Of a DNA stretch of 64,000 bases, positions 51,994 through 63,591 are shown one piece after another. Under the pieces are notes generated by a model. It did not search any database. It saw only the letters and a list, made by a program, of their open reading frames with translations, and was not told where the DNA came from. The stretch lies in NCBI GenBank assembly GCA_951406725.2, contig OX597824.1, positions 36,642,001-36,706,000 on the forward strand, written 5' to 3'. Each line of letters opens with the position of its first letter. Position 1 is the first letter of the stretch. Position numbers and translations under genes: made by a program. The DNA is from Octopus vulgaris. Its lineage: Eukaryota.

Positions 51994-52354
51994 AATCTAC
52001 AGCATGATTCAAGGGAATTTGGCAGCTATTTCTAGCAGGCCAAGTGACTGCGGAGAGGCTCCTTTGATAGCTCACATAAAATAAGTATGTAAATAAATGC
52101 AGGGCATGTGTTTCCCTAATCAGCCTACCTAAACTAGAAGATAACTTTTTCTTAGAGAAACATATGACAATATTCAACGAGCTACAACGAGTTCTTATAA
52201 ATACATTCAACTGATCATTATTAGAGATCAAAATCAAAATTAAAGAAATAAAAGCTAAACTACTTTAACTCATTTCTTTCTTTATGTGTCTTGACAAATT
52301 ATAGAGATCTTAGATCAAGAAGAAAAATCCAAAAGTTTTGAGTTGCCAACTCAC

Positions 52355-52512
52355 CGTAATGATTCTTCAATAAGTTCTTCATCAGCAGCTTCTTGTTCTC
52401 TTTCCAGTCGTTCCTGTTCAAGCAGTTCATGCCTAATTCGTTCTTCTTCAAGTCGTTTTTGTTCTCGCAAATTATTAGCAAATCTTTGAGCAATAATTTT
52501 CCGTACATGAGC
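52355..52512 (-). CDS. Internal coding exon of an unconventional (MyTH4-FERM-type, probably class XXII) myosin: last IQ motif plus ER/K single alpha-helix
   Basis: Minus strand reads ttttcccataaattgcag|GCT CAT GTA CGG ... TCA TTA CG|gtgagt. 158 nt, phase 0 to phase 2. Translation AHVRKIIAQRFANNLREQKRLEEERIRHELLEQERLEREQEAADEELIEESL(R): the remainder of an IQxxxRxxxxR-like motif followed by alternating E/R blocks. This frame is not in the ORF track. Confidence 0.88.
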
Positions 52513-52819
52513 CTGCAATTTATGGGAAAAAATTTTTAATGTAGGAATGGATGGAAGAAAAACTACAGTAAGAGCATAATCAATGTGGCACGAATTCTGG
52601 TAAGTATGAATATCTTTTTCTTTACCAAAATCTTTGAAATAAATTCTTAGTCTACAACTGACAATTGACTTACCAGAAAAATATCTTATATTTAATTTTT
52701 CTTTTGAAGCATCTTAAACTTTGATGTTGGGTTAGATGTCTGTGTTTACTACCTCAGTACTAATGATCACATAGTGAAAATATATCATATCAACATATAT
52801 ATATATATATATATATATA

Positions 52820-52996
52820 TTGATAGAAATAGTATGACAACAAAAGAATGAAAGAGACCTCGATATTATGTAAATAGAGGAATTTATCTGTAAATGTAAT
52901 ATGTGACAATTATTCGGTAGCCATGATAAAACTCTGAGTTTAGGATGTCGGGGCAGAAATCCATGCCGCCATCTCTTCAGTTATCCGTCTATCGGA
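52820..52996 (-). mobile_element. Hammerhead-like pLTR fragment in TA repeat
   Basis: Minus strand 52985-52925 reads GAUAA CUGAAGA GAUG..CAUCC UAAAC UCAGA GUU UUAUC (G12 changed to U). Confidence 0.6.
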
Positions 52997-53039
52997 TATA
53001 TATATCATCATCATCATATATATAACATCATCATCATCG

Positions 53040-53182
53040 TCATCATCATCATCACTGTTTAACGTCTGCTTTCCATGCTGGCATGGGTTGGATGATTTGA
53101 CTGAGGACTAGCGAACTAGATGGCTGCACCAGGCCTCAATCTGATCTGGCAGAGTTTCTACAGCTGGATGCCCTTCCTAATG

Positions 53183-53185
<3 letters not shown>
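53040..53185 (-). mobile_element. RTE 3' tail
   Basis: ttaacgtctgctttccatgctggcatggg ... ggatgcccttcctaatgccaa. Confidence 0.7.
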
Positions 53186-53255
<70 letters not shown>

Positions 53256-53272
53256 GTATATATATATTTATG

Positions 53273-53334
<62 letters not shown>

Positions 53335-53619
53335 TGTGTGTGTAGGTGCGTGCGAGCATATAAATGTATATATACATATATAGATGTGTGTGCATGCTCC
53401 AGCATGGCCGCAAGCAAATGACTGAAACTAGTAAAAGAATAAAAGAAAGATATGTACAAGCATGCATGTGTACACACACACACATACACACACACTCACA
53501 CACACATGTCAGTATTATAACTATATCACTGAAGTCATTTAACATGTCACCACAACACAGAAATAAGCAGTTACTAGAAATCCTATTTACATACTATAAC
53601 TTCTGTCACTTAACACACA

Positions 53620-53981
53620 CTTAGGCACCATTTGAGTGTGATCGTTACCTGTGTCGCCTTACTGGCACTTGTGCTGGTGGCACGTGAAGAAACATTTGAG
53701 CGAGGTCGTTGCCAGTGCCGCTGGGCTGGCTCCTGTGCAGGTGGCACATAAAAAGCACCATGTGAACGTGGACGTTGCTAGTACCGCCTGACTGGCCCTC
53801 GTGCCGGTGGCATGTAAAAGCACACAATACACTCTCGGAGTGGTTGGCATTAGGAAGGGCGTCCAGCTGTAGAAACTCTTCCAGATCAGATTGGAGCCTG
53901 GTGCAGCCATCTGGTTCGCCAAACCTCAATCAAATCGTCCAACCCATGCTAGCATGGAAAGCGGATGATCATGATGATGAT
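53620..53981 (+). mobile_element. RTE 3' tail (long form with subrepeats)
   Basis: Three gtggca..taaaa units, then tggttggcattaggaagggc ... (GAT)n. Confidence 0.75.
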
Positions 53982-54479
53982 TAAGAAGGCAAAACACATT
54001 TGAAGGAATAAGCTTTGAAAATTATAGTGGTTCTCAACCAGGGTTCATGTGATCTTTGGGAATCTAGATAAGATTTCTTGTTGGAATTTACGAGCAATGA
54101 ATTGGTTATACAACTAAGGCGGCAAGCTGAAAGTATTGTTACCATGCTGAAAAAAATTCTGAGTGGCATTTCTTTCAAATTAACGTCCTTAGTTCAAATT
54201 CCACGAGGTCAACTTTGCCTTTCATCCTTTTGAGGTTGATAAAATATGTATCAGCCGAACACTGGGGTTGATGTAACTGACTTACCCGCTCCCTCAAAAT
54301 TGCTGGCCTTGTGCCATAATTTGAAACCAATATATTGGTTTATACTTCTACACTGCACAAAATAGTTTGACAAATTTTTTTATGCAGTTCCTAATATTTA
54401 TTCATAAAAATATAAAAGGATTTTTTTTAACATGGGGAAAGGGCAAAAGAGTAAAATATGAATCAAAGGGGTCGCTCTT

Positions 54480-54860
54480 TTTTTATACTTGTTTCAGTCA
54501 TTTGAATGCGGCCATACTGGAGCACCACCTTTTGTCAAGCAAATCGATCCCAGGACTTATTCTTTGTAAGCCTAGTACTTATTCTATCGGTCGCTTTTGC
54601 CGAGCCGCTAAGTTACGGGGACGCAAACACACCAGCATGGGGAGACAAACACAGACACACAAACATATACTCACACACACATATATATATACATATATAC
54701 AACGGGCTTTTTCAGTTTCCATCTACCAAATCCACTCACAAGACTTTGGTCGACCCGAGGCTATAGTAGAAGACACTTGCCCAATGTGGCACGCAGTGGG
54801 ACTGAACCCGGAACCATGTGGTTGGTAAGTAAGCAACTTACTACACAGCCGCTCCTGCAC
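54480..54860 (-). mobile_element. SINE family A, full length
   Basis: Collinear with 993-1381. Confidence 0.85.
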
Positions 54861-54875
54861 CATTAAAAAGTACTT

Positions 54876-54937
54876 TAGCAGAGCGTAGTTTCGATCTATG
54901 GACCTTTGGGTTATGGGTCCAGCACGCTTCCAATGTG
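54876..54937 (-). pseudogene. 5'-truncated initiator tRNA-Met (CAU) copy
   Basis: Minus strand reads ..TGGAAGCGTGCTGGACCCATAACCCAAAGGTCCATAGATCGAAACTACGCTCTGCTA, with the iMet-specific GATCGAAAC T-loop and CAT anticodon. The 5' acceptor strand is missing. No CCA; followed by aagtacTTTTT. Confidence 0.85.
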
Positions 54938-55310
54938 AGGCAAAAGATGGTTGAGAACACCTTGCTTAGATACTAAAAGGTGAATGATAACCTCAAGTCA
55001 CAAGCTTCACTGTAATAATACCTATGCACCAGAGAGAACATTCTGTACCCTATCTTGTGGTTGAGCACTAACTCAAGCCACATCTCCTCTCAAATAATCC
55101 ATTATCTTATCAGATGATGCTCAATCAACTACAAATTTTATTTTATATATGCAGAGATTATCTTGTTCAATAAATCCACTTTAGATATTATTTCAGATTT
55201 ATGTTATTTTTTTTCCTACACCAAATATCTCAGTTGGAGAATTTAATGTGAAACTATATCAATATTGTCCTCATATCACATAATTGTATCAATGTAGGTT
55301 TATTATTGAC

Positions 55311-55435
55311 TAAGCACAGGCATGGCTGTGTGGTAAGAAGCTTACTCCACAACAACATGGTTTTTGGTCATCCCATTGTGTGACACTTCAGGCAAGTGTC
55401 TTCTACTTACTATAGCCTTTATGAAAGAAGCCTGT

Positions 55436-55482
<47 letters not shown>

Positions 55483-55715
55483 CTTTGTATTTGTACTTGC
55501 TGTGTTTGTACCCCCACCACTGCTTGACAACCAGTGTTGGTGTGTTTATGTTCCTGTAACTTAGAAGTTTGGCAAAAGTGTCTGAAAGAATATTTACTGG
55601 GTTTTAAACAAAAATAAGTACTGGGATCAATTCATTCAACAAATAATTCTTCAAAGCAGTACCCCAGCATAGCCACAATCTAATGACTGAAAGAAGTAAA
55701 AAATAAATAAAAGAT
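55311..55715 (+). mobile_element. SINE family A, diverged
   Basis: aagcacaggcatggctgtgtggtaag ... aatgactgaaagaagtaaaa. Confidence 0.75.
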
Positions 55716-55937
55716 AGGAAAAACATCCTCGTTTTCTTTATGAGAAGAGGATAAAAGGATTTTGTGATTCTCCTTAGCAGTATAAGAGAAAATTACCCAA
55801 CTAGCCCTGTAAACACGAGCATGCTTCCTGATCTATGATGCACCATAAAAATACAAGAGCATTTCATGCAAATTCATATGGTGGAGTGAAAAGGAAATAG
55901 CTATTGCAACAGTTATAAAAAATGGGTTAATTTTAAT

Positions 55938-56487
55938 TTAATCCTTTAGCATTCATACTCGCACTATGACCCGGCGTTGCCAGGTCTAGTGCTAGTCAAC
56001 AGTCTATTGGCGTATCTAACTGTACGCACACACCGCATACAAATTTCTATGTTTTAGTGATTTTGAATGGATATGCCCATAAGTTATGGGCATAAGGGGT
56101 CGGTTTATCGATTCTTTAAATGGCTTTCTGGGGTGACTGGGGAAATGAAAAGATCTTCACAACCACCCTCAGGCAGTTTTGAAAGCCCATAAAAATGTGA
56201 GCCTTTTACATGAAAAACTGTGGATTTGTATAAAGGACACACAGACACACTGACATTTTGCCATTTATAGATATAGAGATTATTCTGTCAAAAGTAATGC
56301 TTATTTATTCAGATAATTTTGAATTAATCATGCGCTATCTTGTAGCTTTGAGGTTTCGATGAGGTAAATGTTAATTTTTAGAATGATATTGTAGGGTTAG
56401 TACAAGAGGCCAGATCTGACCAGTTTGAATATAAAATGGATGGAATATTTTGTCCAGATATGGCCTGCTTAAATGCTAAAGGGTTTA
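55938..56487. mobile_element. piggyBac-type MITE interrupted by a Helitron
   Basis: ttaatcctttagcattca|...|ttattctgtc ... aatgctaaagggtttaa. Confidence 0.7.
55958..56279 (-). mobile_element. Non-autonomous Helitron
   Basis: The minus strand starts A|TCTCTATATCTATAAA..gtgtgtctgtgtgtcc and ends with hairpin cctggcaacgccggg followed by CGAG|T (~CTAG). Inserted between A and T with no target duplication. Confidence 0.7.
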
Positions 56488-56777
56488 ATGTACTTTTCTA
56501 GAACAATATAGTCCATCACATAAAGGTATTACTACTTACATGTCTCAGTTGACACTACTCACAGACACATACAAATATCTTTGAACACAAACAAAAAAAA
56601 GGGCACCCAGCTATTTAGTCAAGAATCACAACCAAAGGGTGGGAGCTGAATCATAGGGAACTGACCACAGTATATGTCACAGAGGCCCACTTTGATGTCA
56701 CATAAACCATTTCCTCTGTTTAAAGAGTAAGCTGAAGAGAGCAGGATGTTAGAGTGCAAACTATAAATAAATTTCCA

Positions 56778-56920
56778 GAAGGCATGTGGCTTAGTGGTAA
56801 GGGTATTCAGCTGACAATCATGAGGTCTTGAGTTTGATTCCTGGCTGTGCGTCAGGTACTTGAGCAAGACACTTTATCTCACATTGCCCCAGTCTAATGA
56901 CTGAAACAAGTAAAAGATAA
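56778..56920 (+). mobile_element. SINE B-type head fused to a SINE A tail
   Basis: tggcttagtggtaaggg ... cttgagcaagacac ... then agtctaatgactgaaacaagtaaaagata. Confidence 0.55.
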
Positions 56921-56984
56921 CAATATAAAATGAAAGATCTATTCCAGAACTGATGTCACAAATAGCCAGTGGGTTTATTAAAAA

Positions 56985-57306
56985 GGGTAAAGACCCCCTT
57001 TGATCATAACTGACCATGGGATTGCACCAAGAAAGTTCCCCTCTGAGGCACAAGCCCAGGCAAGGTTGTTTATGGAAGACCAGCAGTCACCCACACAACT
57101 GACATTATCCAAGGGAATAGCAAATGCCAATACAGTTTGGCACCAGTGACATAGCAACTCATTTCTACAGCTGAGGGAACTGGAGCAACATGAAATGAAG
57201 TGTCTTGCTCAAGAATACAACACACAGTCCAATCCAGGAATCAAACGGATTGGACTACCTCATGATTGTGAGCCCAATGCTCTAACCACTGAGCCATGTG
57301 CCTTCA
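56985..57306 (-). mobile_element. tRNA-derived SINE family B with target duplication
   Basis: Head at 57306-57230; tail homologous to 32726-32920. agtgggtttattaaaaag is duplicated on both flanks (~56968 and ~57309). Confidence 0.75.
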
Positions 57307-57844
57307 TAAGTGGGTTTATTAAAAAGTACTTAACAGCAACAGAAGCAGTTTGAATGCCAAAAGATAAATTTATATATTCTACTCAACAATGCCACTGCAT
57401 AGACTTAACCATTCTTAGGATGCCAGAAATGGTTATGGACACTGGTAGTTCCTCTTCTACTAAATAATTAAAAATATATATCAGTATTGGCATCTGCTTT
57501 GTGCATGGAGATTGGACAATGGAAACCATGAAGAAGTCTATTATGTATACATACACATGCAAACATGTGTGTAAATGAATGTATGTTTGTATACCTCTGT
57601 ATTTGTATCTACCAGTCCTGATTTTCATCCTTTATCTCAGAAGATAACTTAGCTGTTCAATAAACAGAGATGGTCAAAATAAATATCACACTGGGTTAAG
57701 TCATAGTGGAGAGGTTGATGTAATTGACTAAAATCCTCAAAGACAATGCTCCAGCATGGCTGCAGTCCAGTGATTGACATCAGTTAAAGAATAACAAACT
57801 TATATCACAGAAACCAATCAACACAGAATGTATGTATGTATGTA

Positions 57845-57848
<4 letters not shown>

Positions 57849-57930
<82 letters not shown>
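57849..57930. repeat. (GT)n microsatellite
   Basis: Direct reading. Confidence 0.95.
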
Positions 57931-57934
<4 letters not shown>

Positions 57935-59378
57935 CATCTATGTATCTATGTATAGTCTAAAATAGTATAAACACAAGATATTATAGCGATGCATTACAGA
58001 AATCCAGTAATTATGACGACATATGCCATGATATAAAAAAAAAATATTTTATCACAAGAAATACAAAATATATTATCTAATGAATATATCACAAAAATAG
58101 CTCGGAATACCACACATATATATATATAATTCTTGACAACATATTTAAAAAAAAAAAACTATATTGGTTGGTCCGAGCATCACAGATATTTATCAGTGTG
58201 TAACTAGTACCTGACAAAAATATATTAATCAATATTTTACATCACTCAAGTATATCAGTATTGGAACATAGTAAATAACTGAATCTATCAAGCATAGAAC
58301 AGTTTCAGAGATTCTTCTCACCATCTGTTTTACTATAACAAAGAAAGTAATTATATATTAAATATTTCTTCTTTCAATCAAATAGCAGCTGTTTGTCCTC
58401 ATAAATAATCATGTGGACTGCTTCGTATGAAATATTTAAGTTGCAAGGCCAAGGTAATGACTATAAAGTTTTTTATTCTGTTTAATGTAACAGTCTGCTC
58501 TCACCCCACAACAAACTCTGTAACACCTTTAAAATGAGAAAACTCACCTTTTAACACCTATGTATTATTTATAGTGTACAGACGAATGAGTGCACCTTGA
58601 AACATCAACTGAATTATGTTGTTTGATCAGCTGCTTCTGTCATAAAAACTGTTCACAAAGATCAGACTCAACAACAACAACAAAAAGAATCTAGCTACTT
58701 TGCAAGTTCAAATGACCCCAAATTCACAAAGCCATACTGGAACAGTGCCCAGTAGAAGGTGGAAAGCCTAGATGTTATATTTGTTGGAGTAAAACACGTT
58801 TTAAAGCTGAAGGACCTGAAGAAAGATTACACAAAAACAACGAGAACAAAAATAACAACCAAAACCAATAAGAAAGAGAACAATGAACTCCACTTTCCAG
58901 AGCAACACCAGTCAAACCTCAGGGAATAGCAAAGGAAATATTTTCAGGCCAAGTCTTACAAATAGATGAGTAAACACCTTGTTCCCTAAAAGTATCAATC
59001 TTTAGTACTACACCATTACTATGTAATAAATAAGAAATACTTGCAGATGAAAATATGAAGGGAAAACAAGGAAAAAATAATGGAAAGAAGACCTTAACAT
59101 AAAACAATGAAAACAGGTGAAAAATGACAATGAAATCCTTCCTTAGAAAAATAACAGAAAATGGAGAGGATAAAGATGAACCAAGGATTGTAATTCTTTG
59201 AAAATTAAACAAGAAGTTAATAGACAAAATTGTGCATCTTTGGTGCCATAGACTTACTCAAGAATTTGTAATGCCACAAAAACAGTTAGGCTCAGAATAT
59301 AAACAACATGCAAAAGATAGATTTTTGTAAAATTAAAATTAAGACATTATATCAAAAAAGAATACTCCAGAAATGTTG

Positions 59379-60119
59379 ACCCATCAGGAATCACCGCTGA
59401 GATGCTTAAAATATCAGGCGGTGTGGGTTATGGTCTTGTCACCTGCATTGTAAATCAGGTAGTTCATGAAGGAGTCATAAACAATGACTGTTATAGCAGC
59501 ACCATAGTCAACTACTACAAAGGTAAAGGTGATGCTTTGGATAGAAATAACTACAGGAGCATCAAATTATTTAATCAGGTGATGATCTAATTGTAACTAA
59601 TTAGGGAGAGAGTTAGCCTAGATGAGATACAGTTTGGTTTTGTGCCACTGATGCCATATTTCTGGTAAGGCAACTGCAGGAGAAATATCTAGCCAAAGAT
59701 AAATCTCTGTACTTGGCTTTTGTTGACTTGGAGAAAGCCTTTGACAGGGTCCCCCCAATCCTTTATCTGGTAGTCAATGCAGAAGTTGGGGAGAGACAAG
59801 TGGTTGATAAGAGCTGTACAAGCCTTGTACAGGGGTGCTGTCAGTAAGATGATGGTTGGCAACGAGTCTAGTGAAAAATTCTGGGTAGAAGTAAGGAATC
59901 AACAAGGATGAGTCCTCAGGCCCCTCTTATTCATCATAGTCCTCCAGGCAATAACAGAGGAATTCAAGACAGGCTCCCCCTGAGAGCTCCTCTATGCTGA
60001 TGACCTTGCTCTAAAAGCTGAGTCACTGCCAGAACTAGAGACAAAGTTTAGGGTGTGGAAGCAAGGTCTAGAATTGAAGGGCCTTAGAGTTAACCTAGCA
60101 AAAACCAAAGTCTTAGTAA
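59379..60119 (+). mobile_element. RTE-clade LINE reverse transcriptase fragment (pseudogenised)
   Basis: PSGITAEMLKISG..YKGKGDALDRNNYRSIKL..QFGF..DAIFLVRQLQEKYLAK..LYLAFVDLEKAFDRVP..Q(G)..PLLFIIVL..LLYADDLAL..GLRVNLAKTKVL. Stops and frameshifts present. Confidence 0.92.
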
Positions 60120-60159
60120 GTATATATATGTGTGGTGAGGTGTATACGTGTGTGGAAAA

Positions 60160-60485
60160 GGTAGACTCAGGAAGACATGGGATGAGGCAGTTAAGTATGA
60201 CCTTTGAACCTTCGACCTCACAGAGGCAATGACAAACAACTGAGATATGCTGTGCTTGAGAAGAACCAGCAAGCCAAATGAGATTGTAGCCATGGCCAGT
60301 GCCAGCGTCGCACAACCAACCCATTTAAAAGTACCCTTCAATCATCAAGCAATATGCTGTGCTTGAGAAGACCTGTTGAGTCAAGTGAAATCATAGTTGT
60401 GACTGATGCCAGTGACCCCTGACTGGCACCCATACTGGTAGCATGTAAAAAGTACCATTTATGTGTGGCCGATGCCAGTGCCTGT
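60160..60485 (+). mobile_element. RTE 3' UTR fragments
   Basis: gaggcaatgacaaa ... gtgcttgagaaga subrepeats, as in 41750-42131. Confidence 0.55.
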
Positions 60486-60494
60486 GGCGATGCC

Positions 60495-60688
60495 ATGCTG
60501 GGGTACCACCTCGAGGAATTTTAGTCAAATTAACTGACCCCATTGCCTATTTTCTTTTTAAGCTTATTCTATCAGTCTCTTTTGCTGAATCACTAAGTTA
60601 TAGGATATGCAAACACACCAAGATTGGTTGTGAAGCAGGGGCTGGGGACAAACACAGAAACAATGATACACATACATACATATATATA

Positions 60689-60738
<50 letters not shown>

Positions 60739-60853
60739 CTGGCTTCTTTCAGTTTCCATCTACCAAATCCACTCAAAAGGCTTTATTCAGTCCAAGGCTA
60801 TAGTAGAAGACACTTGCCCAAGGTGCTATGCAGTGGGAGTGAGCTCGGAACCA
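60495..60853 (-). mobile_element. SINE family A
   Basis: Collinear with family A. Confidence 0.75.
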
Positions 60854-60879
60854 GCCATATATATACATACATACATATA

Positions 60880-61250
60880 TGGAGTGGTTGTGTGTTAAGT
60901 AGCTTGCTTACCAACTACATGGTCCTGGGTTCAGGACTTGGGCAAGTATTATAACCTCAGGCAGACCAAAGCCTTGTGAGTGAATTTGGTAGACAGAAAC
61001 TGAGAGAAACCTGTCGTATATATGTATATGTATATATATATGTGTGTGTGTGTGTTTGTGAGCCTGTGTTTGTCCCCCCCAACATCGCTTGCTGGTGTGT
61101 TTATGTCCCTGTAACTTAGCAGTTCAGCAAAAGAGACCGATAGTACTAGGCTTACAAAGAATAAGTCCTGGTGTCGATTTGCTTGACTAAAGGCAGTGCT
61201 CCAGCATGGCCACAGTCAAATGACTGAAACAAGTAAAAGAGTAAAAGAGT
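60880..61250 (+). mobile_element. SINE family A
   Basis: ggagtggttgtgtg ... aagtaaaagagtaaaagagt. Confidence 0.8.
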
Positions 61251-61265
61251 ATACATATATATATT

Positions 61266-61450
61266 CTTTTATTTGCTTCAGTCATTTGACTCTGGCCATG
61301 CTGGAGCACTACTTTTAAAGTCAAATAAATCAACCCCACCACTTATTCTTTGTAAGCTCGGTACTAATCCTATCAGCCTCTTTTGCTGAACCGCCAACAT
61401 CGGTTGTCAACCGATGGGTGGAAGGCACAAACACAGAGACAAAGGCACAT
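61266..61450 (-). mobile_element. SINE family A, 3' half, tail-to-tail with 60880-61250
   Basis: cttttatttgcttcagtcatttgactctggccatgctggagcac. Confidence 0.75.
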
Positions 61451-62239
61451 ACACACACACACACACACACACATATAAATATATATATATATATATATGT
61501 CATACATTGAAACAAAATGTAGACAGCAGTGTTTGAAATGTTAACACAGAACCCAAACAGACTAACTAAGCTAGACAGTCTAAGCCTTGCATGAGTACAT
61601 GATGTCTAAAATTAGACAAAATTGAAAATGTCAGTTTTTACCAAAGCCAAACTAAATCTATCGAAATCAATTTCTGTGATCAGTAAATTTCTCACTGAAG
61701 AAGAAGGAAGTGAAAACATTAACAGTAATGGGTGGAATGAAGGAAGGAAGGAGACATGGAAGGGATAAAGTAAAAATCAGTTTTTTTTTTCTTGTTCAAT
61801 TCATGAAAGTAAATTTTTGTTTCTTTTATTTATTTATTGACCAAACTGTTGGAAAGGACACTTCACTAGTAAAAACATCAATTGCCTAAATTACATAGAA
61901 CCTCATGATAAAACTCTTTGATTTATTCAGTGCACATGCACACACACACACAGAGTTTTCCAAAAAGAAAGTTCTTAGTGCCTTCTATGACAATGGTTAT
62001 TGACCTTTCATGATAAATGATAGATAAATTGTCCCTGAAATGCAGGCAACAACAAAGGGGAAAGCAAATTTAGCAGAGACTTACAGCATGGATCCATCAT
62101 AAAACAAAACAACCACCCAGAACCATCATGTTGTTACAGACTCTTGTAATTAGAAATAACTGGATTGACCATTCCTTGGCAGGGAGTGAACTGAATATTT
62201 AATGATTAGATACTATTCCTGTTCTCATATATTGCGAAT

Positions 62240-62281
<42 letters not shown>

Positions 62282-62428
62282 CACCACCGCCACCACCACC
62301 ACCACCACTACTACTACTACTACTATTACTACTGTTGCTGCTGCTGCTGTTGCTGCTGCTGTTGCTGCTGCTGCTGCTACCACTGCTGCCACCATCACAG
62401 CAAAAGGCAAATGGTGGTGGTGGTGGTA
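62240..62428. repeat. Compound (TAC/CAC/TGC/TGG)n microsatellite
   Basis: Direct reading. Confidence 0.9.
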
Positions 62429-62687
62429 GCATGATGTTGAAGAATGCAAGCTAAATTCAAAATTGCTCAAGTTGATTTGTTTTTTTTTCTCAAAATCTCA
62501 AGAATTCTTAAAGCCTGTTTTCAGCAATAATTTCTATAGCATCAAGTGGAAATATATTTCTTCTTTCTGCAAATCACTTCTGTTCTTTCTTGGAGAGGCC
62601 CACAATGTCTTGGATCCTATACAAATCTGGCCTTACACAGGAAAATTTCATCTGCAATAAAACTTACAAATGAAGATCTCTAAACCT

Positions 62688-62746
62688 TGATATAAGAGAT
62701 ATAAGATGTTCCCTATTGATATAAGAGCTATAAGATGTTCCCTATA
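62688..62746 (+). repeat. 29-bp tandem duplication
   Basis: tgatataagag(a/c)tataagatgttccctat occurs twice. Confidence 0.8.
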
Positions 62747-63189
62747 GATTTTCTGATTACTTCTCCATAAATATTCTTCTTTCCTCAATTTTAGATGAAA
62801 TATTTACATCTCCCAGGCAGCAGATCTCAACAACAATGCATGATTTTTATTTCCCACAGAATGGTATTAGGCTTCTTGTGTTTGCATTGGATTGGCATTT
62901 TTATTAGAACATTTCCATCAATAACCTTTATTCATCAAATATGACATTATTCTCCATCACTCAAAGTTAAATAAAGTAAGTCTTGGCAATAAATTCGGTT
63001 AATTTAATAATTTAATTAATGGCACCTTTTTTTTTCACTAAATTATTGTGGCATTGAGCCAATATGAGAAATTGTTCTTCTTGTGCAATTCTGGTTTGGC
63101 CTGACTGAATAAGCCGAAACCTTTCACCAAAGGTGGTTAAGCTCATAAGGTACTTCACTACGAATGTACAGCTATAAAATAGAAGGTAT

Positions 63190-63591
63190 CTCTTTTACTT
63201 GTTTCAGTCATTTGACTGTGGCCATGCTGGAGCACCACCTTTAGTCGAGAAAATCGCCCCCAGGACTTATCCTTTGGAAACCTAGTACGTATTGTATCGG
63301 TCTCTTTTGCCAAACCACTAAGTTATGGGGACGTAAACACAACAGCATCGGTTGTCAAGCGATGTTGCGGGACAAACACAGACACACAAACATATACACA
63401 CACATACATATAAATATACATATATACGACAGGCTTCTTTCAGTTTCTGTCTACCAAATCCACTCACAAGGCTTTGGTCGACCCGAGGCTATAGTAGAAG
63501 ACACTTGCCCAAGGTGCCACACAGTGGGACTGAACCCAGAACTATGTGGTTGGTAAGCAAGCTACTTACCACACAGCCACTCCTGCACCTA
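63190..63591 (-). mobile_element. SINE family A, full length
   Basis: Collinear with 993-1381. Confidence 0.85.

Larger units (their letters stand above)
54025..54964. mobile_element. hAT-type MITE carrying a nested Meta SINE (54115-54332), SINE A and a tRNA fragment
   Basis: tagtggttctcaacc ... ggttgagaacaccttg ends. Internal sequence is related to 15293-16190. Confidence 0.6.

Noticed and set aside
52299-52508. ORF-track protein MYGKLLLKDLL...
   Set aside because: Wrong frame. The splice-defined frame gives the IQ/SAH peptide.
54367-54828. 153-aa ORF and similar 'VSIYQIHSQGFGRPEAIVEDTCP' ORFs
   Set aside because: Antisense translations of SINE family A that recur at each copy.
58546-58640. 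Minus-strand aag|gtgagt donor as the preceding myosin exon
   Set aside because: In-frame stop immediately upstream in the required phase, and it does not end in the expected IQ glutamine.
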